NCBI GenBank assembly: GCA_038887515.1
Contig: JAWAKK010000001.1
Span: 672,001 to 736,000 of the forward strand
Reading direction: 5' to 3'
Length of the DNA stretch: 64,000 bases
DNA from: Candidatus Nezhaarchaeales archaeon
GTDB taxonomy: Archaea > Thermoproteota > Methanomethylicia > Nezhaarchaeales > WYZ-LMO8
In this document: positions 1 to 9,859 of the stretch, one piece after another
How the letters are laid out: every line of letters starts with the position of its first letter
How positions within the stretch are numbered: position 1 is the first letter of the stretch
Position numbers and translations under genes: made by a program
Notes under the pieces: generated by a model
Database searches by the model: none
Told to the model about the DNA's origin: nothing
What the model saw: the letters and a program-made list of their open reading frames with translations, nothing else

Positions 1-601
1 CTATAAGTTCTTCAATATTCAGCTTCTTCCCAGATCTCTCAAGGGCTTCGCGAGCTATCCTTGTTATGTCTGAGCAACATGGGACCTCCATTCTCACTGC
101 CTTTATTGAAATAACGTCGTTACGCTTTATTAATCCCATAAGTTTATCCCTATAGAGGCTCTTATCCCCGAATATTGGGCAACCCGATACGACTATCTTA
201 CCCCTCGACATTGAAGCAAAGTCTTTGTAGACGAAAGCTGTACAATCGGCCGCTACAACGAGTTCACGCCCACTTGAATTCAATAGCCGCGGATTAATAA
301 GTTCAAGTTTTATAGGCCAGTTTACTATTCCAAAATCTTCAGATCGAGCCTCTTCATGGCGAAGAGGTTGTTCGACGTTCGGCTCGACCGACTCTATTCC
401 CCGCTCATGGATTGTTATGGCACCCCTAGGACATTCCTTAATACATGCCCCCAAACCATCGCACATAGATTCCTTTACTAGCCTTGCCTTCCCATTAATT
501 ATTTGGAGAGCCCCTTCTGGGCAAGCCGATATACAGGCACCACACCCATCACATTTCGTTTCATCTATCTTAATAATTTTCGTCGTGGAAATTTTTCCCA
601 T
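1..601 (-). CDS. 4Fe-4S dicluster iron-sulfur protein (ferredoxin domain + NWP/ADC/GCP/MEVPCC domain), 3' end runs off window
   Basis: Not in ORF track because it has no stop in the window. Manual translation from ATG at 601: MGKISTTKIIKIDETKCDGCGACISACPEGA...CDGLGACIKECPRGA...NWPIKL...VAADCTAF...GCP...MEVPCC, open to base 1. Confidence 0.8.
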   Translation of the reverse strand, partial: MGKISTTKIIKIDETKCDGCGACISACPEGALQIINGKARLVKESMCDGLGACIKECPRGAITIHERGIESVEPNVEQPLRHEEARSEDFGIVNWPIKLELINPRLLNSSGRELVVAADCTAFVYKDFASMSRGKIVVSGCPIFGDKSLYRDKLMGLIKRNDVISIKAVRMEVPCCSDITRIAREALERSGKKLNIEELI

Positions 602-679
602 ATCGGTACACAGATTGTTGTGTCACGATATTTAATAAACTTTTATGTGTATTGTGAAATCATTTATAATTAGGAGGAG

Positions 680-1072
680 ATGACGACTTTGTATTCTAAA
701 TTTTAATGGAGACTCGACGACAAAGACCTCAAAATAATATCGTTATACTCCGAGAACCCTGAAATTAGCTAAGAGGAAGTAGCAAAGAAAATTGGCGCAT
801 CTCAGCCAGCCGTAGTCGTTAGAATTAGAAAACTTAAGCAGATAGGCATCCTTGAGGAAAGGATTGGACTAAATCTCCTAAAAATGGGCCTCCATGTGGC
901 GAAAGTTAACGTGTCAACTATCAATTCAGGCAAGATCTTGAAAAATATGTTAAAGGAACGATATGATATTAATGTTGTCTCGAGCCCAAAAAGTGATGTA
1001 AATGGGGTGTCGAGGGGTTCACGCTTGCATAACGCTCTACTTTTCATTCATAGTTCTATCATTGGACTTTAA
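680..1072 (+). pseudogene. Degraded Lrp/AsnC-family HTH transcriptional regulator
   Basis: Frame reads RLDDKDLKIISLYSENPEIS*EEVAKKIGASQPAVVVRIRKLKQIGILEERIGLN (Lrp-type HTH) with an in-frame TAA at 770-772 and another TAA just upstream of the domain. It continues into track ORF 884..1072. Confidence 0.7.
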
Positions 1073-1652
1073 CCCTTCTTTCCCTCTCCATTTCCTCTAT
1101 TATTTCGTCTACGGTCATCAACTTTGCGTTGTATACGAACTCTAAATATCGAAGGCCCTGCTCATGATCCTCCTGCGTAAATGATTCTACCCCATCTTTT
1201 GCTATTACTATTTTATAGCCTCTAAAGAAGGCGTCGGCGGCTGTATGTCTTACACATATATGCGTATGTAACCCACACAAAACTACGGTTTTGACTCCTT
1301 CACCGTCGTATAGGCTCCTCAAAAGGGTGTCTAAACCGGTTTCAAAGAAGCCGCTATAGGTCCGCTTTTCAATGATATAATCGTTCTCTTTAGGTTGAAG
1401 TTCCGGAATGACCTCGGCACCCTTGGTGCCTTTGATGGCATGAGGCCCCCAACGATGGACGATCTCGAAATCACTGTAGTAGTGGGCATCATTACAGTAA
1501 ATGACTGGGACTCCGTGACTCCTCGCGGCTTCTACGAGCTTCTTCAATTTTGGAATTATGTGTTGAGCCCTTTCACATCTTAGATTGCCGGACACGAAAT
1601 CGTTAAGCATGTCAATTATTATGATAGCCATCCTCTCCAATGGAACTGGCAC
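1059..1652 (-). CDS. Cysteine hydrolase (isochorismatase/nicotinamidase family)
   Basis: IIIDMLNDF, DAH, KRTYSGFF and ICVRHTA motifs give the Asp-Lys-Cys triad. Confidence 0.9.
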   Translation of the reverse strand: MPVPLERMAIIIIDMLNDFVSGNLRCERAQHIIPKLKKLVEAARSHGVPVIYCNDAHYYSDFEIVHRWGPHAIKGTKGAEVIPELQPKENDYIIEKRTYSGFFETGLDTLLRSLYDGEGVKTVVLCGLHTHICVRHTAADAFFRGYKIVIAKDGVESFTQEDHEQGLRYLEFVYNAKLMTVDEIIEEMERERRVKVQ

Positions 1653-2060
1653 CCCCTCGATTTTATAGCCACGCGATTTATTTGATGATACAGACTTGTC
1701 CTTAAAATAATCTTTAGAGGGGACCGATATATAACTGCGAGTTCCTTAACATTCTTGCTGCTCTAAAAACGAGTTTCTGACTCATGTTTCGAAATGTTAA
1801 ATTTTTAACGTAGCATGCAGGCCCTGTTTAAGCAAAATTGGTATCGAACACCACATTTGTTGGCTTTAAGGATGGAGCCTACCTTTTCGATGTTATGCCT
1901 ACGGATAACAGAAGAATTTGCAATTATTCATATTTCCAAGCGTGGATCGCCGATAATCGTTACAACGGCATAGAGTGTGGATGGTAGCAAGAGCGTGAAA
2001 CATATTTTGCGTCGTCGAAGATAACCGGACAAATAGGTTAAATTGTGTACGGGTTTTATC

Positions 2061-3059
2061 TCAGAGCCAGGCCGTGATCGAGGGAATTATCACTGAAATT
2101 ATGAGGGCTACCGCAGCCATTGGAAGGACGTACTTCCAGAATAATATTAATGCTTGATCTATCCTTAATCTACCGGTCATCGTTCTAATCCACGTCACCA
2201 CCGTCACTACGATTAAGTACTCTACCATCGTTATTATCAGGGATAAATATAATGGAAGGCCTGAGAATGGGATGGGGCCTCCGAAGAACAACATCGTTAT
2301 CAGTAATGAGCCTACTACGACCTCTACATCGTGCAGTCCTAGTATTAGAGCCAGCTTAAAGCCTGAGTACTCGGTAAAGGGTCCTGCAACTATCTCTGTC
2401 TCAGCCTCCGGTATGTCGAAAGGCTTGGTCATAAGCTTGCACTGAAGAGAGAGCAGAGCTGCTATGATAGAGAGTATCATAGGTATGACTGTGTATGGAT
2501 TCATCCAAAGCTTCCATGCTGTGAGGCACGACTTGTAGAGCGAGTATTCAGCTCCGTAAATCGTGCTAGATAAGACTACAGGTGTCAGTACCGATGCAAC
2601 GAAAGTAACTTCGTAGGCAAGAGTCATGCTGAGCACCCTCGATGTCCCAACGGTACTAAAAGGGTTCGGGGTAAGGGCACCTATGAGGGCTAAAGTTATA
2701 GTTGGCCACACGAGGAGGTACATGGCCAGCATTATATCGTGGCTAGCTACTATTGGGCGTAGTGGCGCTATAGGTAGCATGAGTACTAGGGCTACCGTAG
2801 ATCCAAGAGCTATCGACAAAAGTGTAACTGCTAGCCTTGGGCTGGAGCCCTCGGTTGAAACGTCTTCCTTAAAGAAGAGCTTGATGAAATCGGCTATTGG
2901 CTGCAAGATTCCGAAGGGACCTGTGTATAGAGGCCCTATCCTATTCTGCATGTGTGCGCAAAGCTTCCTATAGTACCATTGTGTTAACCAAGCTGCTACG
3001 CTTAAGAATACGAGCCCTGGATACACTATCACCTCAAATAAAAGGTCTAATACTGTCAT
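2061..3059 (-). CDS. mbhM: Membrane-bound hydrogenase subunit, NuoH/MbhM family
   Basis: MQNRIGP, GILQPIADFIKL..KE, PFDIPEAETEIVAGPFTEYSG, RLRIDQ; polytopic membrane protein. Confidence 0.88.
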   Translation of the reverse strand: MTVLDLLFEVIVYPGLVFLSVAAWLTQWYYRKLCAHMQNRIGPLYTGPFGILQPIADFIKLFFKEDVSTEGSSPRLAVTLLSIALGSTVALVLMLPIAPLRPIVASHDIMLAMYLLVWPTITLALIGALTPNPFSTVGTSRVLSMTLAYEVTFVASVLTPVVLSSTIYGAEYSLYKSCLTAWKLWMNPYTVIPMILSIIAALLSLQCKLMTKPFDIPEAETEIVAGPFTEYSGFKLALILGLHDVEVVVGSLLITMLFFGGPIPFSGLPLYLSLIITMVEYLIVVTVVTWIRTMTGRLRIDQALILFWKYVLPMAAVALIISVIIPSITAWL

Positions 3060-3400
3060 TAAGCCATCACCGCCACAAAAGTCGCTATTAATATCACCAT
3101 AAATATAAACATCCAGAACATCCAGTCGCTTAAGATTCCTGTATGGATCCTATCTCGAAGTGTGCTATAGAGAGAATGGAAGACCCTCTTCCATACTATC
3201 GAGTACATTCCTAAGTCGGGAAGACCTGTCTTGGAGGGCTGTAACGACTCACCGCAAGCAAAAGGCTTCCTCTTCTCCTCAGACCCCTTTGCAACTGACT
3301 TCGTAGCCCTTAAGGAGAGGCCGTAGATGGCTATGAGTATTACTGACGTTACAGCAATAGCAAAGGCCGCTTCCAGTACCGTAATTAGGAGAGGTAGCAT
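3059..3400 (-). CDS. MbhI-like subunit (NuoA-type loop + NuoL-type C-terminal helix)
   Basis: TM helix, KPFACGE loop, then IHTGILSDW and a final TM helix; operon position between the MrpD and NuoH homologues. Confidence 0.7.
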   Translation of the reverse strand: MLPLLITVLEAAFAIAVTSVILIAIYGLSLRATKSVAKGSEEKRKPFACGESLQPSKTGLPDLGMYSIVWKRVFHSLYSTLRDRIHTGILSDWMFWMFIFMVILIATFVAVMA

Positions 3401-3406
3401 AATACA

Positions 3407-4999
3407 TCAACCTCCAAGTACCATTCTTATGATGTTCTGGGCTGCATATATGAAGCTCTGGGTATCGAAGAGAGATGAAACGGCTGGCAATATTACTTTA
3501 TCCACAAATATTGGCGCTAGTAAACCCAACATTATGCATGAACCTGCCAAGACCAATAGAGGTACGACCATGGATTTAGGCGCTTCCTTTATCGAAGACA
3601 TATCTCTAGTCGGTTGCCTAGCATAAATGTGATAGAAGGCCTTTAAGTAGCCCATCAACGCAAATACGCTTGTCAATACTATAACGACTACAAGTGGAGC
3701 CAACCAGCCGGTCTCCAAATAAGCTTTAAACAATAGCAACTTGCTCACAAACCCGTTAAGTGGAGGAGCACCTGCAAGAGCTAGAGAACCTATAAGAAGG
3801 GCCACGCTCGTCAGGGGCATTCTCTTGCCAATGCCAGCAAGCTCGTCAAGATTCCTACTACCCGCGGAGTGTATGATGGCTCCGGCTACCATGAATAGGA
3901 GGGCCTTCCCTATCGCGTGGTTTACTAAGTGGAAGAGGGCCGCTGATAATCCATCCGGGTTAGCTAGACCCATGCCCATAGCTATGTAACCTACGTTGAG
4001 GACTGTTCCGTACGCGATTAGCCTCTTCAGATCGCGTTGCGTAAGCATCAGCGTGGACCCTATGATTGCGGATGTAACGCCTAGGATTATCAGTGCGTAG
4101 TTAAGTGCTTGAACTATCGGGACTGTTGGTGACGCTTCTCTGAATATCGTTATTAGATACCTCATCAGCGCGAAGAGAGCAACTTTGACCATTAACCCCG
4201 ATAGTATTGCTGATATAGGTGATGGAGCGGCTGGATGAGCATCGGGAAGCCAGAAGTGGTTGGGAGCTAATGCAGCCTTTAAGCTGAAGGCCCAGAACGT
4301 CAAAGCCAAGAATATAGCAGAGCCTAGGAATACATTGCCAATCGGTGGACCCGTTACCGGTAATGTGGAGCCTCTAAGTTTTAAGGCTAGGTCGGCCATG
4401 TTCAGCGTACCAAAGGTTCCATAGGCAAACGTTAGGGCTATGAAGTATGCAGTTGTAGCGATTGAGCCTATAATCGCATACTTTACTGCTGCTTCGACAG
4501 CTTCGTGGGTTTCTCGGCGGAACGCTATTAAACCGTAAGCTGAAACCGACATTACTTCGAGCATTACGAAAAGGTTAAACATGTCGCCAGTATAGACGCA
4601 GCCAAGCATGCCTGCCTCGAAGCCTAGCATCAACGTGTAATATAGTTGCATTCTCGTCTCATGTTCCATGTAGCGCAGGCTGAAGATTGCCGCCGTTAAT
4701 ACTAGGCTAGTTATCAGGAGGCCCATTAGTGCTCCGCTACGATCAATCTCGTAAACTATACCTATGGGCGGAGGCCATGCACCGAAAATGTAAATAAGCG
4801 GTTCACTCGATTCAACGAAGAGATGATATGCTACTACGAGCGATAACATGAAGTCTATTGAGAAAATCGTTAAAGCAAAGCCCTCCCAAGCAACCCTCTT
4901 CTTTATAATTAAACTTATTAAGGGTAGCAGGAAAGCTGCAGCTATAGCTAAGAACGGCTGTACAGCTGCAAGCTTTACAGCATAATTTAGTTCGATCAA
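3407..4999 (-). CDS. mbhH: Antiporter-like proton-translocating subunit MrpD/MbhH
   Basis: GAWPPPIGI, DMFNLFVMLEVM, HFWLPDAHPAAP, DLKRLIAY, NHAIGKALLF, GAPPLNGFVSK. Confidence 0.9.
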   Translation of the reverse strand: MIELNYAVKLAAVQPFLAIAAAFLLPLISLIIKKRVAWEGFALTIFSIDFMLSLVVAYHLFVESSEPLIYIFGAWPPPIGIVYEIDRSGALMGLLITSLVLTAAIFSLRYMEHETRMQLYYTLMLGFEAGMLGCVYTGDMFNLFVMLEVMSVSAYGLIAFRRETHEAVEAAVKYAIIGSIATTAYFIALTFAYGTFGTLNMADLALKLRGSTLPVTGPPIGNVFLGSAIFLALTFWAFSLKAALAPNHFWLPDAHPAAPSPISAILSGLMVKVALFALMRYLITIFREASPTVPIVQALNYALIILGVTSAIIGSTLMLTQRDLKRLIAYGTVLNVGYIAMGMGLANPDGLSAALFHLVNHAIGKALLFMVAGAIIHSAGSRNLDELAGIGKRMPLTSVALLIGSLALAGAPPLNGFVSKLLLFKAYLETGWLAPLVVVIVLTSVFALMGYLKAFYHIYARQPTRDMSSIKEAPKSMVVPLLVLAGSCIMLGLLAPIFVDKVILPAVSSLFDTQSFIYAAQNIIRMVLGG

Positions 5000-5514
5000 T
5001 CGAAGACCCCCCTAATATATTTCTCGAAGGATTTTGATATTGCATCGTAACACTTCGAATCTTCCACGTCTTTCACATCTATCCAATGAACGTAGTAGCT
5101 TTTCTTAGTCTCATCTATGTCAACGACGACTGTTCCAGGCGTATTGGTTATTGAGCAAGCGACTGCAGCTATAGCGTAGTCGCTCTTGACGTAATAGGGC
5201 ACTCTAACTATGCCGGGCTTGATTGGCATTCTCGGGTTAAGTATCCTCTTAATCACATCCCAATGGCATTTAAGTTCCGCAATTAAGAAGTAGTAGAAGA
5301 AGTAAGCTATTGCCCATGCCCACCTAGCCAAGTTAAACGCTTTACCGGGATGCTCCTTTACCACCAAAGTTGAAGTGAAGAAGGCTACAACCGCAGACGC
5401 TATTATGCCGAGCGTTATCGTCATGAGGGATACGGACGCCGACACGATCAGGAAGACCACGAGCAGTAACAGGAATACTACTATAAAGCTTAGAATTCTC
5501 GTCCGGTTCATCAA
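4996..5514 (-). CDS. Na+/H+ antiporter subunit MrpE/MbhA
   Basis: PIKPGIVRVP...ACSITNTPGTVVVD...YVHWID motif. Confidence 0.88.
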   Translation of the reverse strand: MMNRTRILSFIVVFLLLLVVFLIVSASVSLMTITLGIIASAVVAFFTSTLVVKEHPGKAFNLARWAWAIAYFFYYFLIAELKCHWDVIKRILNPRMPIKPGIVRVPYYVKSDYAIAAVACSITNTPGTVVVDIDETKKSYYVHWIDVKDVEDSKCYDAISKSFEKYIRGVFD

Positions 5515-5517
5515 TTA

Positions 5518-5907
5518 TCACCCTTTAAGTCTAGTTATCTTCTTAACCATGATGGTGCCGTAGAGTCTATATACCTGGATTATTAGGAAGGCAATTAACA
5601 TCGTTATAGCCATGTTTATGACTATGGCTGTTACTACTAAACATTGAGGCACTGGATCTACGGCTACAGAAGCAAACCAAGCTATGTCAGTTGGCGTTGG
5701 TGCTTCTACGTGCAGTATTGGAGGTTGAGGTGTACCAAGTCTAAAGCCTATGTATATTATCAAGACGTTGGCTACGTCACCAAAAATGCTTAATGCGATA
5801 AGCTTCTTGGTAAGTGAGGCACCCCTAACTACTCCGTAAAGCGATATCGCCATTATAGCTATGAGGGCTAGGTAGCAGTACAGTTGAAGGAAGGCTTCAA
5901 TGTTCAC
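5518..5907 (-). CDS. Na+/H+ antiporter subunit MrpC/MbhG
   Basis: KKLIAL...DPVPQCLVVTAIVI motif. Confidence 0.88.
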   Translation of the reverse strand: MNIEAFLQLYCYLALIAIMAISLYGVVRGASLTKKLIALSIFGDVANVLIIYIGFRLGTPQPPILHVEAPTPTDIAWFASVAVDPVPQCLVVTAIVINMAITMLIAFLIIQVYRLYGTIMVKKITRLKG

Positions 5908-6691
5908 GGCTGAACGCCCTCCTAAACTCTTCTTCAGGAATTGAGAGTAAGAGAAACAATAGTGTAAAGCCTGCTCCTACTGCAAGGAACTCTGCAATGT
6001 TGTAAAAGAAAATTGATCCAGAAGTCTCTACGGGGCCTATGGCTTCGGGGAATGAAAATAAGGGGGACCAGGGTTTTGCTTGGTTTTGCATTAACGCTAT
6101 TGCGCCGGCTAGAACAGGTAGACCTGCAACCAACACAATCATCATTAGAAAAGTCGTCTCAATAGTTAAACACCTATTCCTAGTTAATCTTAAGGTCCCC
6201 TCTAGGAAATATCGCGAGAAAGAGGCGATAATTATTAGTTGTGCAACAGCAAAAATGGAGCCTGCTTGGAAGCCGCCGATAATGGTAGCTATGGCTACCG
6301 AAACTATAACTATTAGGGGGTAGGTAAGCCTATTGACTGTCTTAACTATTATTGAAAGGCCCAGCTCCTTCTTCCTGTTGTTGGGGCCAAGCTTTATTCC
6401 AGCTATCTTGAATAAGGCTAGGCTACCCATGACAGCTAAGAAGAATACCGAGCTTTCGTAGTACGTATCTAGTCCTCTGTAATCCCATATCATAGCTGAT
6501 ACCGGCTCACGGCTTGCAGCCCACCATGTCTTATTGAATACGTTGAATGAGTTCTCCAAGTAGAACTTAGCCAATGGCCTTACTTCTTCTGAAGGGGTCC
6601 AACCAGTGCTACCCAACATTACTGTTGCCACCAAGGTAAAGAGGAAGACCGCAGCCATTATTCCTACAATTGCATCTTTAATTCGCATCAA
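5897..6691 (-). CDS. MrpB-type subunit (fused MbhE+MbhF)
   Basis: WDYRGLDTYYE (MbhE-like) followed by SIIVKTVNR...GGFQAG...SGSIFFYNIAE (MbhF/MrpB-like). Confidence 0.8.
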   Translation of the reverse strand: MMRIKDAIVGIMAAVFLFTLVATVMLGSTGWTPSEEVRPLAKFYLENSFNVFNKTWWAASREPVSAMIWDYRGLDTYYESSVFFLAVMGSLALFKIAGIKLGPNNRKKELGLSIIVKTVNRLTYPLIVIVSVAIATIIGGFQAGSIFAVAQLIIIASFSRYFLEGTLRLTRNRCLTIETTFLMMIVLVAGLPVLAGAIALMQNQAKPWSPLFSFPEAIGPVETSGSIFFYNIAEFLAVGAGFTLLFLLLSIPEEEFRRAFSREH

Positions 6692-6945
6692 TCTGACTCC
6701 TCCATTCTTTCGGTCTTGCTTATAACGTAGAGAAGTACTATTGTGTAGATCCCTACGGCTACGGCAACATACGCTAGAACTATGTCAACAGCCATGAGTA
6801 GGAGTAGGGCTATAGCGAACGTTGCTGACTGGCCAGCTGAAAAGATGGCTGCCTTTACCAAGTCTCTGCTTTTGATGGCAAAGTACGTGAATAACGCTCC
6901 TAGCGTGAACGATAATGCTAATAATGATAATGCTACTAGAGACAT
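6688..6945 (-). CDS. MbhD-like small membrane subunit (DUF4040 type)
   Basis: 85 aa, about 3 TMs, RDLVKAAI...AVDIVLAYVAVAVGI. Confidence 0.78.
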   Translation of the reverse strand: MSLVALSLLALSFTLGALFTYFAIKSRDLVKAAIFSAGQSATFAIALLLLMAVDIVLAYVAVAVGIYTIVLLYVISKTERMEESD

Positions 6946-7322
6946 TATCCTCCCCTCCTCTTATCCTCCTCTAGGAGATCGCAGACCTTAGGTTCTACTG
7001 GAACCCCATGCCGGTGAGCCCCTCTAGCTAAGGCATGTGATCCTACCGGGGCCGTAATTACTATTATTAGGGCGGTTATAAACGAGCCTGCAGCTAGGAA
7101 CCATTTCCACTCTCCAAGAAAGTCGCAGGCTATAACCATTAGGGTTAAGCCGAATAATGGATAGACTGCGCCGCCAATTACTCCCACCGTAGCTGCATGA
7201 AGTCGAACAAAGAAGTTTGGAAACCTTACGAGACCTAGAGCGGCTACAAGATCGCAAAACGCCCCAATAATCATTAGTACAATCCCTAAGTATAGGAAAA
7301 TCGGTTCCAATATTGACCACAC
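6945..7322 (-). CDS. Na+/H+ antiporter subunit MrpG/MbhC
   Basis: GLVRFPNFFVRLHAAT...TAPVGSHALARGA. Confidence 0.9.
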   Translation of the reverse strand: MWSILEPIFLYLGIVLMIIGAFCDLVAALGLVRFPNFFVRLHAATVGVIGGAVYPLFGLTLMVIACDFLGEWKWFLAAGSFITALIIVITAPVGSHALARGAHRHGVPVEPKVCDLLEEDKRRGG

Positions 7323-7324
7323 GA

Positions 7325-7609
7325 TTATTCACCCAACTCCTTTCTTTCAAGGTATTTAGCCACGTATAAGTCGAAAATGTAAGTCCAAAGGGCGAGGCAA
7401 ATTGCACATACTATCAGGATGGGGGCTTCGAAGTATATGGCTAATACGGCCATTAGGAAACATACGTCGTAAGACAGGCAGTCGACCGCTAAAGTCATGT
7501 CTGCAACCGTTGGCCCTTTTATCGCTCTCACTACGTAAAGGATTATTGCAACACCAAATATCGGTATAACTGCGATGATGACCGTTTTGACGAGCTCTTC
7601 AATCGTCAA
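7325..7609 (-). CDS. Na+/H+ antiporter subunit MrpF/MbhB
   Basis: RAIKGPTVADMTLAVD...AKYLER. Confidence 0.88.
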   Translation of the reverse strand: MTIEELVKTVIIAVIPIFGVAIILYVVRAIKGPTVADMTLAVDCLSYDVCFLMAVLAIYFEAPILIVCAICLALWTYIFDLYVAKYLERKELGE

Positions 7610-7787
7610 GCTCCGTGCACCGCCCTATAATTTAGGGGCTCTTTCACCATCTCACATAGATATTTATTATAAGTCTTACGCCTTCTTTCACAATTAATGT
7701 TAAGTCGGAGATTCTGATGGATTATCATACTAACGGGCTTTATGCAAGGACGTAGAAGACTACGTAGAGCTTAAAAGTCTAAGCGCT

Positions 7788-8252
7788 GTGAGCTCTAGAG
7801 GCAAAAGGTGTGGAGCTTTGTCTCTACAGAGACTGGCGACGTGGGCGAGGATTAAGTCTCCTTGGATACTACATGTCAATACTGGTGCATGCAATTCGTG
7901 CGACATAGAATTGCTGGCGGCTCTGACCCCTAGGTTTGACGTTGAGCGATTCGGAATACTTTTAAAGCCTTCTCCGAGACACGCTGACGTGCTAATGGTA
8001 ACGGGCGCCGTTACTAGGCAGGCAGCAGAGAGGATTAAAAGGATTTACGAGCAGACCCCCGACCCCAAATTTGTAGTGGCCTTGGGAAACTGCACAATAA
8101 GCGGAGGTGTATTCCAAAACTGTTATGGAGTGCTGGGTGGGGTTGACAAAGTCATCCCCGTCGATACTTATATACCAGGCTGCCCACCAAGACCTGACGC
8201 CATAATCTATGGAGTTCTAAAGTTGATAGAGAAGGTGACAAAAGGTGGCTGA
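7788..8252 (+). CDS. mbhJ: Group 4 [NiFe]-hydrogenase small subunit (NuoB/MbhJ)
   Basis: GACNSCDIE, FDVERFG, SPRHAD, GNCTISGG, YIPGCPPRP. The true start may be the TTG near 7818. Confidence 0.9.
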   Translation: MSSRGKRCGALSLQRLATWARIKSPWILHVNTGACNSCDIELLAALTPRFDVERFGILLKPSPRHADVLMVTGAVTRQAAERIKRIYEQTPDPKFVVALGNCTISGGVFQNCYGVLGGVDKVIPVDTYIPGCPPRPDAIIYGVLKLIEKVTKGG

Positions 8253-8694
8253 AGTACATCCCGATATCTCGACAAGTCTTAAAGAAGAGCTTAAGGAGGC
8301 CCTACTTGATTGCGAGTACATAGCTAAGAGAAGGGTCCTCAAGGTTATAATCGAAAAAGAGGCCCTACTTAGAACTATAGGGCTAATAAGCAAGATTAGT
8401 AATGGAGAATACCACCTTACAACTATAACTGGGGCTGACCTAGATGGCGACCAAGTAGAGCTCACGTACTTTTTGTGGCTTTTACCTCAAAAGCTTCGAG
8501 TATTAATTAAGACAAGAGTTCCAAAGAGAGAATTAAAGATTCGAAGTCTAACCGATTTTATACCGGCAGCGGTGCTTTATGAAAGAGAGACCTATGAGAT
8601 GTTGGGGGTAGTTTTTGAAGGTCATCAAAAGCTTGAGAGGCTGTTCCTACCCGAAGACTGGCCTGAAGGGTCTTACCCATTAAGGAGGGATTGA
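8245..8694 (+). CDS. mbhK: Hydrogenase subunit NuoC/MbhK
   Basis: LYERETYEMLGVVFEGH..L.RLFLPEDWPEG.YPLRRD. Confidence 0.9.
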   Translation: MAEVHPDISTSLKEELKEALLDCEYIAKRRVLKVIIEKEALLRTIGLISKISNGEYHLTTITGADLDGDQVELTYFLWLLPQKLRVLIKTRVPKRELKIRSLTDFIPAAVLYERETYEMLGVVFEGHQKLERLFLPEDWPEGSYPLRRD

Positions 8695-8695
8695 C

Positions 8696-9859
8696 TTGTC
8701 AACCATAGACTTAACTGTTGGACCTATACACCCAGCTTTACATGAACCTGAAAGGTTCATGTTTAAAGTTGACGGTGAGGTCGTAGTCGACGTAGAGCCG
8801 AGACTTGGATATGTGCATAGAGGTATAGAGAAGGCCGCAACCGAAAGGACTTTTATTCAAAGTTTATACTTGATTGAGAGGATATGTGGTATATGTAACG
8901 TCTCTCATACACTAGCCTGCGTCCAAGCCATTGAAGATGCTTTTAACATCGAGCCACCAAAGAGGGCCAAATACTTAAGGAGCGTGGTCCACGAATTGAA
9001 CAGGATTCATAGCCACTTACTAATATTGGGTATAGCATGCGAATTAATAGGCTTCGATACCATGTTCATGTTAATGTGGAGAGACCGTGAAAAGGTTATG
9101 GATTTAATCGAGATGATTACTGGGAATAGAGTTATGTCGGCCTACAACATTATAGGCGGAGTTAGAAGAAATATTAGAGATTTCGAGGTATCAGAGCTCA
9201 AAAAGACATTAGGTGGCCTCGTCGAGAGAGTTAAGCGATATAAAAATGCATTCATGGAGGATCCAACAATAAGAGCTAGGTTAGTTAATGTTGGTTACCT
9301 CAATAGATCTAAGGCTTTAAGTCTTGGGGCAGTAGGCCCGGTAGCTAGGGGGTCAGGCTTAGGTGTGGATGTTAGAGTCGAAGAACCCTATGCCGTCTAC
9401 GACGAACTGACGTTTAATGTAGTCGTGTATGAAGAGGGAGATTCATGGGCTAGGTTCATGGTTAGGCTAGACGAGATAATAGAATCCATAAAGATAATAG
9501 AAAATTGCCTAGATAAGATGCCTACAGGTCCAGTTAAGGTACCAGTTCCTGGAGCTGCACCTCAAAACGCTGAGGGCTTCTCTATAATTGAAGCCCCCCG
9601 CGGAGAACTGATACATCACATCTACGTTAAGAAGGGTAGCGAAAAACCATTGCGCTATAGGGTTAGAACTCCCACTTACGCTAATATACCTGCGGTCTGT
9701 GAGATACTAAGAGGAGGATACATAGCTGACATTCCTGCAACTCTTGTCAGTATAGATCCATGTTTTTCATGTACCGATAGAGTTGCTATTATAGACGTTA
9801 AAACTGAAAAGAAGACGAGCATAGATATCTTCACATTGGCAAGGAGGTATAGGAAGTGA
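8696..9859 (+). CDS. mbhL: Group 4 [NiFe]-hydrogenase large (catalytic) subunit
   Basis: GPIHPALHEP, GYVHRGIEK, L1 motif ERICGIC, EAPRGE, L2 motif DPCFSC followed by a cleavable C-terminal extension. All four Ni ligands are present. Confidence 0.92.
   Translation: MSTIDLTVGPIHPALHEPERFMFKVDGEVVVDVEPRLGYVHRGIEKAATERTFIQSLYLIERICGICNVSHTLACVQAIEDAFNIEPPKRAKYLRSVVHELNRIHSHLLILGIACELIGFDTMFMLMWRDREKVMDLIEMITGNRVMSAYNIIGGVRRNIRDFEVSELKKTLGGLVERVKRYKNAFMEDPTIRARLVNVGYLNRSKALSLGAVGPVARGSGLGVDVRVEEPYAVYDELTFNVVVYEEGDSWARFMVRLDEIIESIKIIENCLDKMPTGPVKVPVPGAAPQNAEGFSIIEAPRGELIHHIYVKKGSEKPLRYRVRTPTYANIPAVCEILRGGYIADIPATLVSIDPCFSCTDRVAIIDVKTEKKTSIDIFTLARRYRK

Noticed and set aside
8696-9859. Selenocysteine hydrogenase, or Ni-less Mbx/Mbs/Nuo subunit
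   Set aside because: All four ligands are ordinary Cys codons (CGIC, CFSC) and there is no in-frame TGA.
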